From NCBI GenBank assembly GCA_965248355.1, contig OZ252098.1, positions 3,392,001 to 3,456,000 on the forward strand: a stretch of 64,000 nt of DNA, written 5' to 3'. The position numbers and the translations under genes are program-made. Numbering within the stretch: the stretch's first letter is position 1; each line of letters starts with the position of its first letter. Origin of the DNA: Candidatus Latescibacterota bacterium (GTDB lineage Bacteria; Latescibacterota; UBA2968; UBA8231). Of the stretch, positions 1-10,622 are shown piece after piece. Under the pieces are notes generated by a model. It had not been told where the DNA came from. It searched no databases and saw only the letters and a list, made by a program, of their open reading frames with translations.

Positions 1-2066
1 CCCTCCCGCCGGGCCTTCAGGTACTTGCTGAGGAAGTGAACCGTGTCGTCCACGACGATTCCGAAGACAACGGCGATGACCACCGACGAGGCAATGCCCA
101 CGTGGCCCACGAGATAGCCCCACAGGCCGAAGCTCATGATGGCGGGGATGAAGTTCGGCAGCAGGCTCAGCAGCCCGATGCGGACGCTCTTGAAGATCCA
201 GATGAGGATGAAGGAAATGAGGGCCATGGCCAGGATCGTCCCGCGCAACATGCTGTGGACATTTCGCAATGACAAGTGGGCAAAGACGATGCTCAGGCCC
301 GATGCCTCCTGCGCAAAGTCGGGGACATTGTCCTCGAGCCAGCCCTGGGCCCGCTTGTCGAGCTCCCGCAGATCCCGGGACCAGGCGTTCTTCGTCACCA
401 CCACCATGCGCGTAGCGGACTTTGCCACATCGATGCGATCGTTGAGATCGCTGCCGAAGGGAAGGGAAAGCTCGTAGAGCAAGAGGTACTGCGCCGCCAG
501 AGCCGGGTCTTCGGGCAGGCGATGGAAGGCTGGATCGTCGCCGTGCATGTTCTTGTTGAGGCGCTTCATGATGTCCGAGAAGACCTGCACGTGGGTGACT
601 TCGGGCTGTTGGCGATACCATTCGGCGAAGGCGTCGGCCTGGCGCAGGTAGTCGGGATCCGTAATGCCGCCCTCCCGGCCCGAATCCAGGGAGTATTCCA
701 GCTTGTCCACGCCCGTAAGGTGCTCGATGACATAGTCCGTATGGCGCCGGAACTCGTACCGGTCGTCGAAGTACTGGGCCATGTTGTCGCTCAGCTCGAT
801 GCGGGAGATCCCCATGGCCAGGACGACCACCACCGCGGCCAGGGACCACAGCAGGGATGTGCGCCGGGCGATGACGAAATCCGCGAAACGGTCGAAGAAG
901 GCCTTTCCCTCCGACCTGGCACGGGGCGCACGCAGGGGCAGAATAGAGAGCAACGCCGGCAGGAGAGTCATGGTGTAGAGGAAGGCGCAGAGCACGCCGA
1001 AGGCCACGGAGTTGCCGAGGACCCGAAAGGGGGGCGAATCCGAGGCATTGAGGCTCAGGAACCCAACGGCCGTTGTGACCGAAGTGATGAGTACCGGGTA
1101 GGCATTGATGCGTATCGATTCAAGGATCGCCGCATTCCTGTCCAGGCCGCGCCGGAGGCCCAGCAGGACACCGGTGACGATATGGATGGAATCGGCGATG
1201 GCTATCACCATGACGATGATCGGTACGCCAGCGTTGGTGGGGCTGAAGACTACGCCCATCCAGCCGGCGAAGCCCATGGTCGAATTGATGACGAAGACCA
1301 GCACGGCCACGATGGCCATGGCGCCCAGGAAGGAGCGGAGAATCAGGACGGAGAGGCCCACGATGATGAGGAACACGATCGGCGTCAGGGTCTCCAGGTC
1401 GTCCTGGGTGGCGTCGGAGAAAGCCCGGTTCATGACCACATCGCCGGTCAGGTAGTATTCGATCCCCGGGTGGTCGGCGCGCGCCTGCTCCAGTTGCGAA
1501 CGCAGATAGTCGGTGATTTCCACCACCGCCTGGTCCGGGTTGTCGGGGAGGATGAAATGGATCGCCACCCCGGCCGTGCGCCCGTCGCGGGAGACCAGGC
1601 GCCCGGCGACATCGATTGCGCCCAGGGCGGTCCTCTCGATCCGCGGCAGATCGGCGTCGCCCAGCGCCTGCGCGTCCTCCACGAGGGGACCCACCACCAG
1701 CTCGTCCCCCCATCCCTCGCTGTGAGTGTAGTTGGTGAGGGAGGTGACCCGGCCGGAGTAGGGCGCCCGCCACCCCGCTTCGGTCAACTCCGCAACGGCC
1801 CCAAGAGCCTCTCGGGTGAACACCTTGCCCTCCCGGGGCGTAACGGCAATCAGGGCCTGGTTGGAGGCGGAGTACGTGTTCTCCAGGGCGTCGAATGCGA
1901 GGAGCTGCGGATTGTCCTCGCCGAACAGAATGCGGTAGTCGTTGGTAACGGTGATGAATCGCATGCCTGCGGCCATGGCCAGCATGACCAGGGAGGCGAG
2001 CAGAACGGTCAACCAACGCCGACGCAGAATGGTGGCGGTGTAACGTTCCAACGGTGGAGGAGTCAT
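1..2066 (-). CDS. MMPL/RND-superfamily transporter, 3' end runs off window
   Basis: Manual translation from ATG 2066: MTPPPLERY...TNDYRILFGEDNPQ..., with TM blocks such as SVRIGLLSLLPNF and GIVVDDTVHF. Absent from ORF track because it has no stop in the window. Confidence 0.85.
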   Translation of the reverse strand, partial: MTPPPLERYTATILRRRWLTVLLASLVMLAMAAGMRFITVTNDYRILFGEDNPQLLAFDALENTYSASNQALIAVTPREGKVFTREALGAVAELTEAGWRAPYSGRVTSLTNYTHSEGWGDELVVGPLVEDAQALGDADLPRIERTALGAIDVAGRLVSRDGRTAGVAIHFILPDNPDQAVVEITDYLRSQLEQARADHPGIEYYLTGDVVMNRAFSDATQDDLETLTPIVFLIIVGLSVLILRSFLGAMAIVAVLVFVINSTMGFAGWMGVVFSPTNAGVPIIVMVIAIADSIHIVTGVLLGLRRGLDRNAAILESIRINAYPVLITSVTTAVGFLSLNASDSPPFRVLGNSVAFGVLCAFLYTMTLLPALLSILPLRAPRARSEGKAFFDRFADFVIARRTSLLWSLAAVVVVLAMGISRIELSDNMAQYFDDRYEFRRHTDYVIEHLTGVDKLEYSLDSGREGGITDPDYLRQADAFAEWYRQQPEVTHVQVFSDIMKRLNKNMHGDDPAFHRLPEDPALAAQYLLLYELSLPFGSDLNDRIDVAKSATRMVVVTKNAWSRDLRELDKRAQGWLEDNVPDFAQEASGLSIVFAHLSLRNVHSMLRGTILAMALISFILIWIFKSVRIGLLSLLPNFIPAIMSFGLWGYLVGHVGIASSVVIAVVFGIVVDDTVHFLSKYLKARRE

Positions 2067-2446
2067 CGTCCCGGCCGTCACCGGGTCGGTGGGGCGGCGG
2101 GTTCTCTCATGCGAGAGCGCGGCGCAATGGACACGGTCGGACGGTCACACCAGGCACTCACCAGGGGCTGGACTTCGATGTGTAGACGTGGTCAGGCATC
2201 TTGTAGCTCACTCCCTCCTCGTCATACACCGAGATTTTCAGAAGCTGAGTGAAATTCTCTGACCGGACCACTTGTCCGGCCTTCAGAAATCTTATGGCGC
2301 GTTGCTTCATTCGGTACAAGAACAGTGTTCCCACACCGAAGTGCTTTGGAAACTCGAACTGGTCAGCGAGCCGCCCGCCTATGAGAGCTCGCGAAAGGCG
2401 GTAGGACAAAGCGGTCAGTTTTTCCTTTTCAACCGGATCTGTCACA

Positions 2447-4084
2447 GTAACCGTTCAGTCCCCTACGGGTGGGTCCACATGTTGAGAAATTGCTGTTCTG
2501 ATTTGGCCTTTGTGGGTATCTTGGGACCGGTTTCTGGCACAGAGTCCTTTAGACCCGGGCAAGGCCGTGGAGAGCCCCCCTCAGATTTCGGTGTCCGACA
2601 GCGACTGGCAGCGCACGCCGCGGGCCGTGCAGGGGCTGGTGGTCCGCTTGGGGGAGCGGGTGGCGCACCTGGAGCAGATCGTGGAGCAACAAACCGCCCG
2701 CATCGCGGCCTTGGAGCAGGAACTGGCCCGCCGCAAGGACGAGGCCGCCGCGGCGCCCAAGCCTCGGCTTCTTCGGGCTCCAGCGACCGCGCCAGCCAGC
2801 GCCGATCCTCGGGACGTTCGCCGGGAGGACAGCCGGGGCACGAAGGCCATGGCCGGTCGCTGATGCCGGCCGAGCGCGTGGATCAGTGGACCCCGGTCAA
2901 GCCCAGCGCCTGCCACCGATGCGGCCAGCGGCTGACGGGCGAGGACCCCCATCCGCGGCGTCACCAGCAGGTCGTGATCCCGCCGGTGCGAGCCCAGGTC
3001 ATCGAGTATCAGTTGCACACGCTGCGTTGTCCGGCCTGCGACCGGCTGACCGAAGCCGACTGGCCCGTGGGGGTGTCCCGGCGCACCTTCGGGCCCAGCG
3101 TGCAGGCCTGGGTCGGCCTGTTGGCCGGCGCCTACCGCTTGAGTCATCGCAACATCGTAGCCCTGTTGTCCGACGCCTTTGGCGTCGAGCTGTCGGTGGG
3201 CACGGTCAGCCCGTTGCAGCAAGAGGTGTCGGCGGCGCTGGCCGCGCCGGTGCAAGAAGCCGGCGCCTACGTTCGTCAACAAGCCCGAGTCAATGTGGAC
3301 GAGACGGGCTGGCGGCAACGCCGCGCCCGGGCCTGGTTGTGGACCGCGGTGACGGCGGGCGTCTCGGTGTTCGCCATTCGCAACAGCCGCGGCCGGGAGG
3401 TGGTCGAGGAGTTGCTCGGCGCCGACAGCCCGGCGGTGGTCGGCTCGGACCGGTACTCGGCCTACGGGCATTTGCCGCCGGCGCGCCGGCAAGTGTGCTG
3501 GGCTCACCTGCGGCGCACCTTCGAGGACTTTGTGGCCCGCGGGGGACAGGCCGCCGACATCGGCCAGCAGTTGCTGGCGTGCACCGATCAGATGTTTACC
3601 TGGTGGCATCGGGTCCGCGACGGCACCCTGCAACGCGCCAGCTTCCAGGTCTATGTCCACGCTCTGCGAGTGCGCCTTCGTCTGGCCTTGTGGTCTGGGC
3701 AGCAGTTCGCCGACGCCCGGACGGCGGCGACCTGTGGCAATCTGCTCGACCTCGAGCCGGCGCTGTGGACCTTCGCCCGCCGGCCGGGCGTGGAGCCGAC
3801 GAACAACGAGGCCGAACGAGCCCTTCGCCATGGCGTGCTGTGGCGCCACACCAGCTTCGGCAACCACAGTGCCGACGGCAGCCGCTTCGCCGAGCGCCTG
3901 CTCACGGTGCGCGACACCCTGCGCCAGCAACAGCGCAGCGTCCTCGACTATCTCATGACGGCCTGTCACGCCGCCCTCCAGCAGCAGCCGGCGCCGTCCC
4001 TGCTGCCCCAAACCAGCTCCGTCCTTCGGTAGTCCTCTCCGCACCACTCCTCCGCCTCCATCAGCTTGGAGACTGAACGGTTAC
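2447..4084 (+). mobile_element. IS66-family insertion sequence, single-ORF (ISBst12-like) type, 1638 bp
   Basis: Perfect 14-bp terminal IRs GTAACCGTTCAGTC / GACTGAACGGTTAC, and 8-bp direct repeat CTGTCACA at 2439-2446 and 4085-4092. Confidence 0.95.
2510..4032 (+). CDS. IS66 transposase, apparent frameshift near 2735-2740
   Basis: N-terminal coiled coil (DWQRTPRAVQ...ELARRK) is in the 2510 frame. GGQPGHEG, CHRC/CPAC zinc finger and VDETG/SDRY/NNEAER motifs are in the 2272 frame. Start uncertain. Confidence 0.85.
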
Positions 4085-5085
4085 CTGTCACATCCCCAAC
4101 CGCCGGAATGGCTTGGATCAGCATATTCGCCACGGCTATCGAATCGGCATCGGGCGGCGGCTCGCACATATAGCTGATCTTGTAGACTTCCTCCGCGTCC
4201 TCGGCATCGGCATAGAGGATGGTCTCGGGTATCCCCATGAGATAGCCGGTGTAGCGCCAGACATCGAGAATGCTCCTGTTTTCCTCGCTATTGAAACTCG
4301 CCCCCACCCCTGCCGAGTACTCCAGGAGGCGCTTGGAGAAGACGGAGATGGCAAACCCCAAATGCGCCGCGCTTACCGGCGTGCCCCAGGCTTCGTGATT
4401 CCAATCGTCGGATTGGGCCAGCATGCTCCTTATACGAGCATGAACAAAGCGAATGCGCACGGACAGCTTCCAGCCATCACCATTTCTTTGCAGGCCACCG
4501 GGGAAGAAAATATCCATCATGTGGCGGTTGTTCTGCTGAAGGCGCCTCCTGGTCGACGCCACCCGCCCGGTAATATTGAAAGACTTGGCGATAAGCGTGG
4601 AAAAGCCTTCCACCAGCACTCCGGTAACGAATGCGACGAGTATGAGGTTGACATTGGCATGGAATGCGCGGCGTCCTGCCTGAAAGGCCTCGTAGTCCAG
4701 CCAGGGAGGATCTTCAAGATTCTCGAAGAAATCGCGCAGAGGCTGCGGCGCTCGGCGCAGCACCTCGTCCTGCTGCTCTATGCCGGCCCTGATGAACCGG
4801 TGCAACTCACCGGGAGGCAAGGAGGAGAGCTCCTCCATAACCGGATCCAGCGCGGGATCGCCGATTGCGGTGTGCCTGACATAGTTGTCGGCCGCTGCCT
4901 GGTCGTAGAGGCGGGCCTTCTCATAGCCCTTGGTGTATGCCGAAGGCGATGATGGCATTTCCATTTCCAGCATCCTTTGAGATGTCCATGGCCAATGGAC
5001 AGTGGGGGAGATCTCGAGGGACAACCTGTAATATAGCCTCTCTTAGTCCTGAAAACCCAACCATTCGGGGCAAACGAGGGCCAAA

Positions 5086-6828
5086 CTAGGGCGGTCCCTC
5101 GACCTGCACCGTGACGATGTCCACGTCGTGGTACTTCTGGTGGCCCACGGAGGTGGCGTAGTGGCGCAGCAGGCGGAAGGAGATCTCGCGCTCGTCCGGC
5201 AGCTCGGGCTGCTCGCTCAGGTAGGCGAGCCGGTCTTCCAGGTTCGCCACGTCCGAGGCGGCCAGGAACTCCAGCTCCGCCCCCTTCTCGGCCCGGTGCG
5301 CGGTGACGATCAGTCGCCGCCCCTTGCCGTCCGTCCTGTCCTCCTCGACTTGCTGCAACAACACCGCCAGGGTCTCCTCTCCCGCGGAGCGCAGCCGTCC
5401 CTCCGCCGCCTCATTCCAGCCGATCCTCGCGGAGAAGCCCCGGAGGAAGGCATCGATCTCCGGCAACGCCCCGGCGGCCAGCTCGACCTCCAGCCGGCGG
5501 CGTCGGGGAGCTGTCAGCTCCATGAAGGCGGTCAGGGCGATCGCCGCGAGGCAGCCGGCGGTCATGCCATTGCCGAGCAAGGTGCCCCAGGTGCCGCTGC
5601 CCAGGAGATCCGCGAAGATCACCTGGTTCTGGAAGCCGACGCCGATCCAGAAGGCCAGCCCCACCACCGCGGCCTTGCGATGATCGAGTCCATCCGCGAC
5701 GACGATCTTCATTCCCTGCACGAAGAGCAGGCCGATCAGCAGGGTCACATAAGCCGCGGCCACGGGGTTGGGAATGGCGATCAGGAGGGCCGTCACCTTC
5801 GGGGACAGGGCCAGGAAGACGAAGATGAGGCCGATATACACCCCCACGCGCCTCGCGGCGACACCGGTGAGCTCGGCGAGGGATATGCTGGTGGAGTAGG
5901 TCGTGTTGGGGGGCGTCGCCATGAGCCCGGACAGCAAGTTGCCGACCCCGTCGGCGTTCAGAGCCCCCTGGACCAGACGGAAATCGGTGGCCCGCGGCTG
6001 GCGCCTCGAGACCCGTTGAATGGCCACACCGTCGCCGATGGTCTCGATGGCGCCCACGAGGGTGACCACCGCGAAGGCCGGCAGGAGCACCCAGAACTCC
6101 GCCCCCGGCGTCAGGTCCAACCCGGGCCAGCCGCCGTCCGGAAGGCCGATCCAGGGGGCTTCGAGGAAGGGCCGGATGTCATACAGTCCGAAAGCAGCGG
6201 CCACGGCACACCCTACCGCCACGGCGATGAGCGGAGCCCACAGCCGCCAGGCCACGGGAGCGCGCAGGGTCAGCACCGCCAGCACCGCCAGCGTCGTCCC
6301 GGCCGCCATCGGGGCCGCGGCCGTCGGCGTGCCCTCGGGCACCTCCTTCAGCAGGCCGAAGACGATGGGCATGACCGTCACCGCGATCAGCATGATCACC
6401 GTGCCGGAGACCACCGGTGTGATGATCCGGCGCAGCAGGGAAAGCCTCGCCGCCAGGGCGAACTGAAAGAGCGAGGAGACGACGATCAGGCTCGCCATCA
6501 GGGCCGGTCCGCCCCTTGCCAGGGCGGTGATGCAGACCGCGATGAAAGCGCCCGAGGTGCCCATGATCAGCACGTGCCCGGCCCCGATCCGCCCGACCCG
6601 GACCGCCTGGAGCACCGTGCTCACGCCACTGATCAGGAGCGCCGCGAAGGCGACCCAGGTCAGGTAGCTCGCGGGCTGGCCGGCCGCGCGGCCGATGATG
6701 ACGGCGCCGAGCACCACCGGCGCCAGGACGACCACCGCGGCCTGGAAGCCCACCCCGGCCGCTACGGAGTGGGGAGGGCGGTCCTCCGTCTCGAAGCGGA
6801 TCGATTCATTCTCCCCTGGTGTTTCCAA
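5086..6828 (-). CDS. NCS2 (xanthine/uracil) permease fused to a C-terminal degenerate RsbW-like HATPase domain
   Basis: NCS2 motifs IMGTSGAF, ITPVVSGTVI, IETIGD, ADGVGNLL, PNTTYS, followed by a ~140-aa soluble tail resembling the RsbW at 15960-16409. Confidence 0.8.
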   Translation of the reverse strand: METPGENESIRFETEDRPPHSVAAGVGFQAAVVVLAPVVLGAVIIGRAAGQPASYLTWVAFAALLISGVSTVLQAVRVGRIGAGHVLIMGTSGAFIAVCITALARGGPALMASLIVVSSLFQFALAARLSLLRRIITPVVSGTVIMLIAVTVMPIVFGLLKEVPEGTPTAAAPMAAGTTLAVLAVLTLRAPVAWRLWAPLIAVAVGCAVAAAFGLYDIRPFLEAPWIGLPDGGWPGLDLTPGAEFWVLLPAFAVVTLVGAIETIGDGVAIQRVSRRQPRATDFRLVQGALNADGVGNLLSGLMATPPNTTYSTSISLAELTGVAARRVGVYIGLIFVFLALSPKVTALLIAIPNPVAAAYVTLLIGLLFVQGMKIVVADGLDHRKAAVVGLAFWIGVGFQNQVIFADLLGSGTWGTLLGNGMTAGCLAAIALTAFMELTAPRRRRLEVELAAGALPEIDAFLRGFSARIGWNEAAEGRLRSAGEETLAVLLQQVEEDRTDGKGRRLIVTAHRAEKGAELEFLAASDVANLEDRLAYLSEQPELPDEREISFRLLRHYATSVGHQKYHDVDIVTVQVEGPP

Positions 6829-6899
6829 AGGCCCTCACTCCCGATCTGAGGTCTGAGGACGGCCGGGCGGCCTCATGGGCGCCATACCAGCAGCAGCTG

Positions 6900-7200
6900 G
6901 GCGACATCAACAGGTGGGGGGCTCCGAGAATCGCACGACCCAGGTCCCAGGTGAACTGCGGCTGGGCGAGGATCGACCCCTTCACCTCCCGGCCGAGCTC
7001 GTCGGTGCTGCGGCCCAGGTACTCGGCATGGCCGGCGACGGAAAGGGATTGTCCGCCGACCTCGAAGGGGCTGTTCCCGGTCTCGGGGGCGCCGCCGGCG
7101 GTGAGATCCGTGTTCAGAAGAGAAACCAGGGCAGATCCCAGGACACCCTGAGTCCGGGCAGGTACTTCACGACTCCGGCGTCCCCACCCGCGTTGCCCCC
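6900..7200 (-). pseudogene. Remnant of a Tsx/DUF5020-like outer-membrane nucleoside channel
   Basis: Fragments in two frames: NAGGDAGVVKYLPGLRVSWDLPWF, then LNTDLTA-GGAPETGNS-PFEVGGQSLSVAGHAEYLG...ILAQPQFTWDLG. Beta-strand pattern recognised from memory; no start codon. Confidence 0.55.
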
Positions 7201-7214
7201 GGCGGCGGCCGGGA

Positions 7215-9434
7215 TCAGGTGGCGGGCGCCCCGGAGCTGAAGCCCTTCCGGGCCAGCACGATCCTGAACTCGGTGTATTCCCCCTCTTCGGTCTCCACCT
7301 GGAACTCCCCGCCGTGCTCGCGCACGATCTCGTGGGAGATGGAGAGCCCCAGACCGGTGCCCTGAGTGCCGGACTTGGTGGTGAAGAAGGGGTCGAAGAT
7401 CTTGTCGACGATGTGGTCCGGAATGCCCGTGCCGTTGTCGCGGATGGATACGCTGACGCTGGTCTCGCTGCCCTCGGTCCTGAGCCACACGGTGGGCTCG
7501 TAGGTGCCCTCGGTCTCCTTGCCGCGCGCGATCGTGGCATGACAGGCGTTCGTCACCACGTTGAGGAAGACCCGGCTCAGATCCCGGGAGACGGCTTCCA
7601 CTTCGCCGGCGGCGTCGTCGAACTCCTTGACCAGATTGATGTTGAAGGTCGAGTCCGTTCCCCTGAGACCGTGGTAGGCGAGCTTGGCGTACTCGTCGAG
7701 CAGCAGATTCACGTCCACCGATTCCACCTGTCCCGCCTCGTTGCGGGAGTGGGCCAGCATGCCCTCGACGATGCGGTTGGCGCGCTCGCCGTGCTCCTTG
7801 ACCTTGACCACGTTGCCGCTGAGGTCGCCGAGGATCTCCTCCACCAGCTCCTCGTCCATGCCGCCCTCACCGTCCCCCTCCCCTTTCAGCTCCTCCCGCA
7901 GCTCTTCGATCAGCTCCGAGGACAGGCCGGCGAAGTTGTTCACGAAGTTGAGGGGGTTCCTGATCTCGTGGGCGATGCCGGCGGTGAGAGCGCCCAGGGA
8001 GGCCAGCTTCTCCTGGCTGATGACCTGCTGCTGGGTGCGCTTGAGGTCTTCCAGGATGGTCTCGAGCTCGGCGTTCTTGGCCTGGACCTCAGCCGCCAGC
8101 TTCTCCACCAGGTTGAGGCGCTGCACCTCCACGGCGTGCTTCCGAAAGACCTCCAGGGCCTCGGCCATGTCGGTCACCTCGTCGTTGCCGTCGATCCGCA
8201 CCTCCACCTCGAGGTCTCCCTTCGACATCCGCCGGGTGGCGTCGAAGAGTCCGGCCATCCGGACCAATAGACGCTCGCCGAAGAACCTCCAGGCGAAGTA
8301 GGCGCCCACGAGGGTGACCAGGGTGACCCCCAGCAGGAACCAGAACCCGATGCGCACCAGGTTCCGGGAGCGATTGGCCGCGTTGTGGGTGGAGACCTCG
8401 GCGTCCTTCACCAGGCCTTCCACCATGGCCACCAGATCGGCGGTCGTCTGCTGGTTGCGCGCCAGCAGGTCCTCTGAGCGGCGGACTTCCATCAGCTCGC
8501 GGGTGCGGGTCTCGAAGGCGCCGTCCGGGGCGGCGTAGAAATCGTCCAGGGTCGCCACCCGCGGCTGGAGCCGGGCCCTGATCTCGGGCCTGATCCCGGC
8601 CAGGGCCCGCCGCACGTCGCTCATGGCGGTTTCCACCCGTTCCCGGTTCGCCCGCAACAGTTCCGGATCGTTCTCCGTCATCGCCTGCTGGATGAAGGTG
8701 GTGGTGAGGTTCTGCGAAGCCTGGAAGTCGAGGAGGCCGGTGTAGTGGGCGAGCTCGGTCCTCGACGTCCGCCGGCCCGCGGGGACCGGAACATCGTCGA
8801 GGCCGCGGAGCCCGGTGTGCATGAAGAAGTGCTGATCGTCGACCAGCTCCTCCAGCAGGAGCTGCAGCTCGAGGCCGAGGCTCTCCACCTGACCTTCCAG
8901 CTCCCTGAGGCGGGACCGGTACTCCATCCTGCGGGCTACCGACTCCTGGATCTGGTTGATGCTCTCCACCAGGCTGTCGGCCAGCGGCACGACCGCGCTC
9001 CCGACGCCCCCCTCCACACCTCCCTTGGATTCGGCCCGCATCACCTCCACGAGCCACCGGCGAAGCGTCTCCTCCTCCCGGACCACGTCCCGGCCCACCT
9101 CCTTCAGGTCCGCGGGATCGTCGGCGGCCAGGAGCCGCGGCGAGGCCCGCACCAGCTCGGAGCTGCTGCGGGCCACCTCGAAGGCGGCCACCAGGGCCGG
9201 CATGTGGCCTTCGGTGACCTCGCTCTGCCGGGAGCTCACGATGCTCATCAGCAACAGGGCCAGGACCACGGCGCCGATGGTCATGGTCACCCCGACGCCC
9301 AGCCCCACCGCGATCTGGCTGCCGATGCCGAAACGCCCTCCCGTGGCCTGGCGGATCCGCTCGCCGAGACGGCCGGGGAACCGTTCCAGGAACAACTCGA
9401 AGGCGGAGTGGATTCGCTGGTCCGTCGTCTTCAT
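7215..9434 (-). CDS. Membrane sensor histidine kinase (TorS-like periplasmic domain, HAMP, HisKA, HATPase)
   Basis: Two TM segments, HAMP (GNDEVTDMA), H-box AHEIRNPLN, N-box NVVTNA, DNGTG, FFTTK, GTGLGL. Start ATG 9434 overlaps the upstream stop. Confidence 0.9.
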   Translation of the reverse strand: MKTTDQRIHSAFELFLERFPGRLGERIRQATGGRFGIGSQIAVGLGVGVTMTIGAVVLALLLMSIVSSRQSEVTEGHMPALVAAFEVARSSSELVRASPRLLAADDPADLKEVGRDVVREEETLRRWLVEVMRAESKGGVEGGVGSAVVPLADSLVESINQIQESVARRMEYRSRLRELEGQVESLGLELQLLLEELVDDQHFFMHTGLRGLDDVPVPAGRRTSRTELAHYTGLLDFQASQNLTTTFIQQAMTENDPELLRANRERVETAMSDVRRALAGIRPEIRARLQPRVATLDDFYAAPDGAFETRTRELMEVRRSEDLLARNQQTTADLVAMVEGLVKDAEVSTHNAANRSRNLVRIGFWFLLGVTLVTLVGAYFAWRFFGERLLVRMAGLFDATRRMSKGDLEVEVRIDGNDEVTDMAEALEVFRKHAVEVQRLNLVEKLAAEVQAKNAELETILEDLKRTQQQVISQEKLASLGALTAGIAHEIRNPLNFVNNFAGLSSELIEELREELKGEGDGEGGMDEELVEEILGDLSGNVVKVKEHGERANRIVEGMLAHSRNEAGQVESVDVNLLLDEYAKLAYHGLRGTDSTFNINLVKEFDDAAGEVEAVSRDLSRVFLNVVTNACHATIARGKETEGTYEPTVWLRTEGSETSVSVSIRDNGTGIPDHIVDKIFDPFFTTKSGTQGTGLGLSISHEIVREHGGEFQVETEEGEYTEFRIVLARKGFSSGAPAT

Positions 9435-10621
9435 CGCGAGAGCCGTGTCACCGGGGCGAATCGGCCTTTGCGGATCATGGTCAGGAAGACCCGGTCGGAC
9501 CCCTGGTTGTCTCCAGGTCCGTACTCGACCAGGAACCCGCCCAGGTCGATGGGGCCCGCCTCCTCCAGGGTGCGGAGGAAGGCCTCGCGAGTGGGCGCGG
9601 CCGGTCCGCCGCCATCGCCGGAGGCAGCGGCGGCGCTCAGGGCATCGACCACGAGACGGCCGGCCAGGTAGCCCTCGAGGGAGACGAAGCCTGGTTGGGC
9701 TGTTTCGTCGACCGCCTCCAGGGCGGCGTGATAGCGAACCACGACCGGGATCCGGCTGTCGCGCGGGAAGGGCACCACCTGGGTCACCACCACTCCGTCG
9801 CCGTGGGGGCCCAGCTCCTCCAGGAGGGCGTTGCTGCCGACGAAGGATATGTTCACGAAGACGGCGACCATGCCGATCTTGCGGGCCCACTTGATGAAGT
9901 GGGCCGCCGGCCGGTAGGCGCCGATGATGATCACCGCCTCCGGGTCACTGTCCAGGAGGCCGAGAAGGGCCCGCTTCACGGCCACGGTGTTGCGCATGTA
10001 CGTGACCTCGCCCACCAGCTCCATGCCGCGCCGCTCGAGGGCCCGGCGAACCCCCGTCAGGCCGGCCATCCCGTAGCTGTCGTCCTGGTAGAGGATGGCG
10101 ATGCGCCGGATTCCCAGGTCACCGGTGAGCCGCTCCACCATCTCCTCCGTCTCCTGGAAGTACGAGGCGCGCACGTTCACCACGTAGCGCTGGTCGTCTC
10201 CCCGGAGCAGCTCGGCGCCGGTGAAGGGTCCGATGTAGGGAACCGACGCGCCGCTGGCGATCGGCTCGGCGGCGTTGGAGGTGGGCGTGCCCACGGCCCC
10301 GATGAGGCCGAAGACGCCATGGGCGATGAGCTCCCTGGTGTTGGTTACCGCGGCCTCGGGCTCGTAGCCGTCGTCCCGTACCAGGAGCCGGAGCCGGCGG
10401 CCGTGGATGCCGCCGGACCGGTTGGCCTCCTCGAAGGCGGCGCGGATCCCCAGGTTCATGTTGCGGCCCAGCTCGGCGGCCGGACCGCTCAGCGCCGCCG
10501 ACTGACCGAAGAGGATGGAGTCGGGATACACCCCGTCGCCGCCCCCCCGCATCCCCTGGCCGGCCGCGCCGGCGGGGACGAGCCCGAGCGCCGCGGCGGC
10601 GAGGAGGGCCAGGCGGGTCAT
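9431..10621 (-). CDS. Periplasmic substrate-binding protein (type 1, LivJ-like)
   Basis: Signal peptide, GQSAALSGP, DDGYEP, VGTPT, NVRASY, YQDDSYG. Confidence 0.9.
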   Translation of the reverse strand: MTRLALLAAAALGLVPAGAAGQGMRGGGDGVYPDSILFGQSAALSGPAAELGRNMNLGIRAAFEEANRSGGIHGRRLRLLVRDDGYEPEAAVTNTRELIAHGVFGLIGAVGTPTSNAAEPIASGASVPYIGPFTGAELLRGDDQRYVVNVRASYFQETEEMVERLTGDLGIRRIAILYQDDSYGMAGLTGVRRALERRGMELVGEVTYMRNTVAVKRALLGLLDSDPEAVIIIGAYRPAAHFIKWARKIGMVAVFVNISFVGSNALLEELGPHGDGVVVTQVVPFPRDSRIPVVVRYHAALEAVDETAQPGFVSLEGYLAGRLVVDALSAAAASGDGGGPAAPTREAFLRTLEEAGPIDLGGFLVEYGPGDNQGSDRVFLTMIRKGRFAPVTRLSR

Positions 10622-10622
10622 C

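Larger units (their letters stand above)
2158..4964 (-). pseudogene. Oxygenase MpaB/DUF2236-like protein interrupted by IS66
   Basis: 5' part (4085-4964: LVEGFST...VRIRFVHARIR...WGTPVS..HLG...WRYTGYLMGIPE) joins in frame to the 3' part (2158-2446: VTDPVEKEK...KMPDHVY) when the IS and one target copy are removed. Start codon is approximate. Confidence 0.8.

Noticed and set aside
276..2252. Long plus-strand ORF (658 aa) and many similar antisense ORFs, e.g. 19120-22872, 27905-30745, 36591-40232
   Set aside because: Shadow ORFs of real genes on the opposite strand in high-GC DNA; no recognisable motifs.
2725..2750. Programmed ribosomal frameshift in the IS66 transposase
   Set aside because: No canonical slippery heptamer; loss of one G by mutation or sequencing error is simpler.
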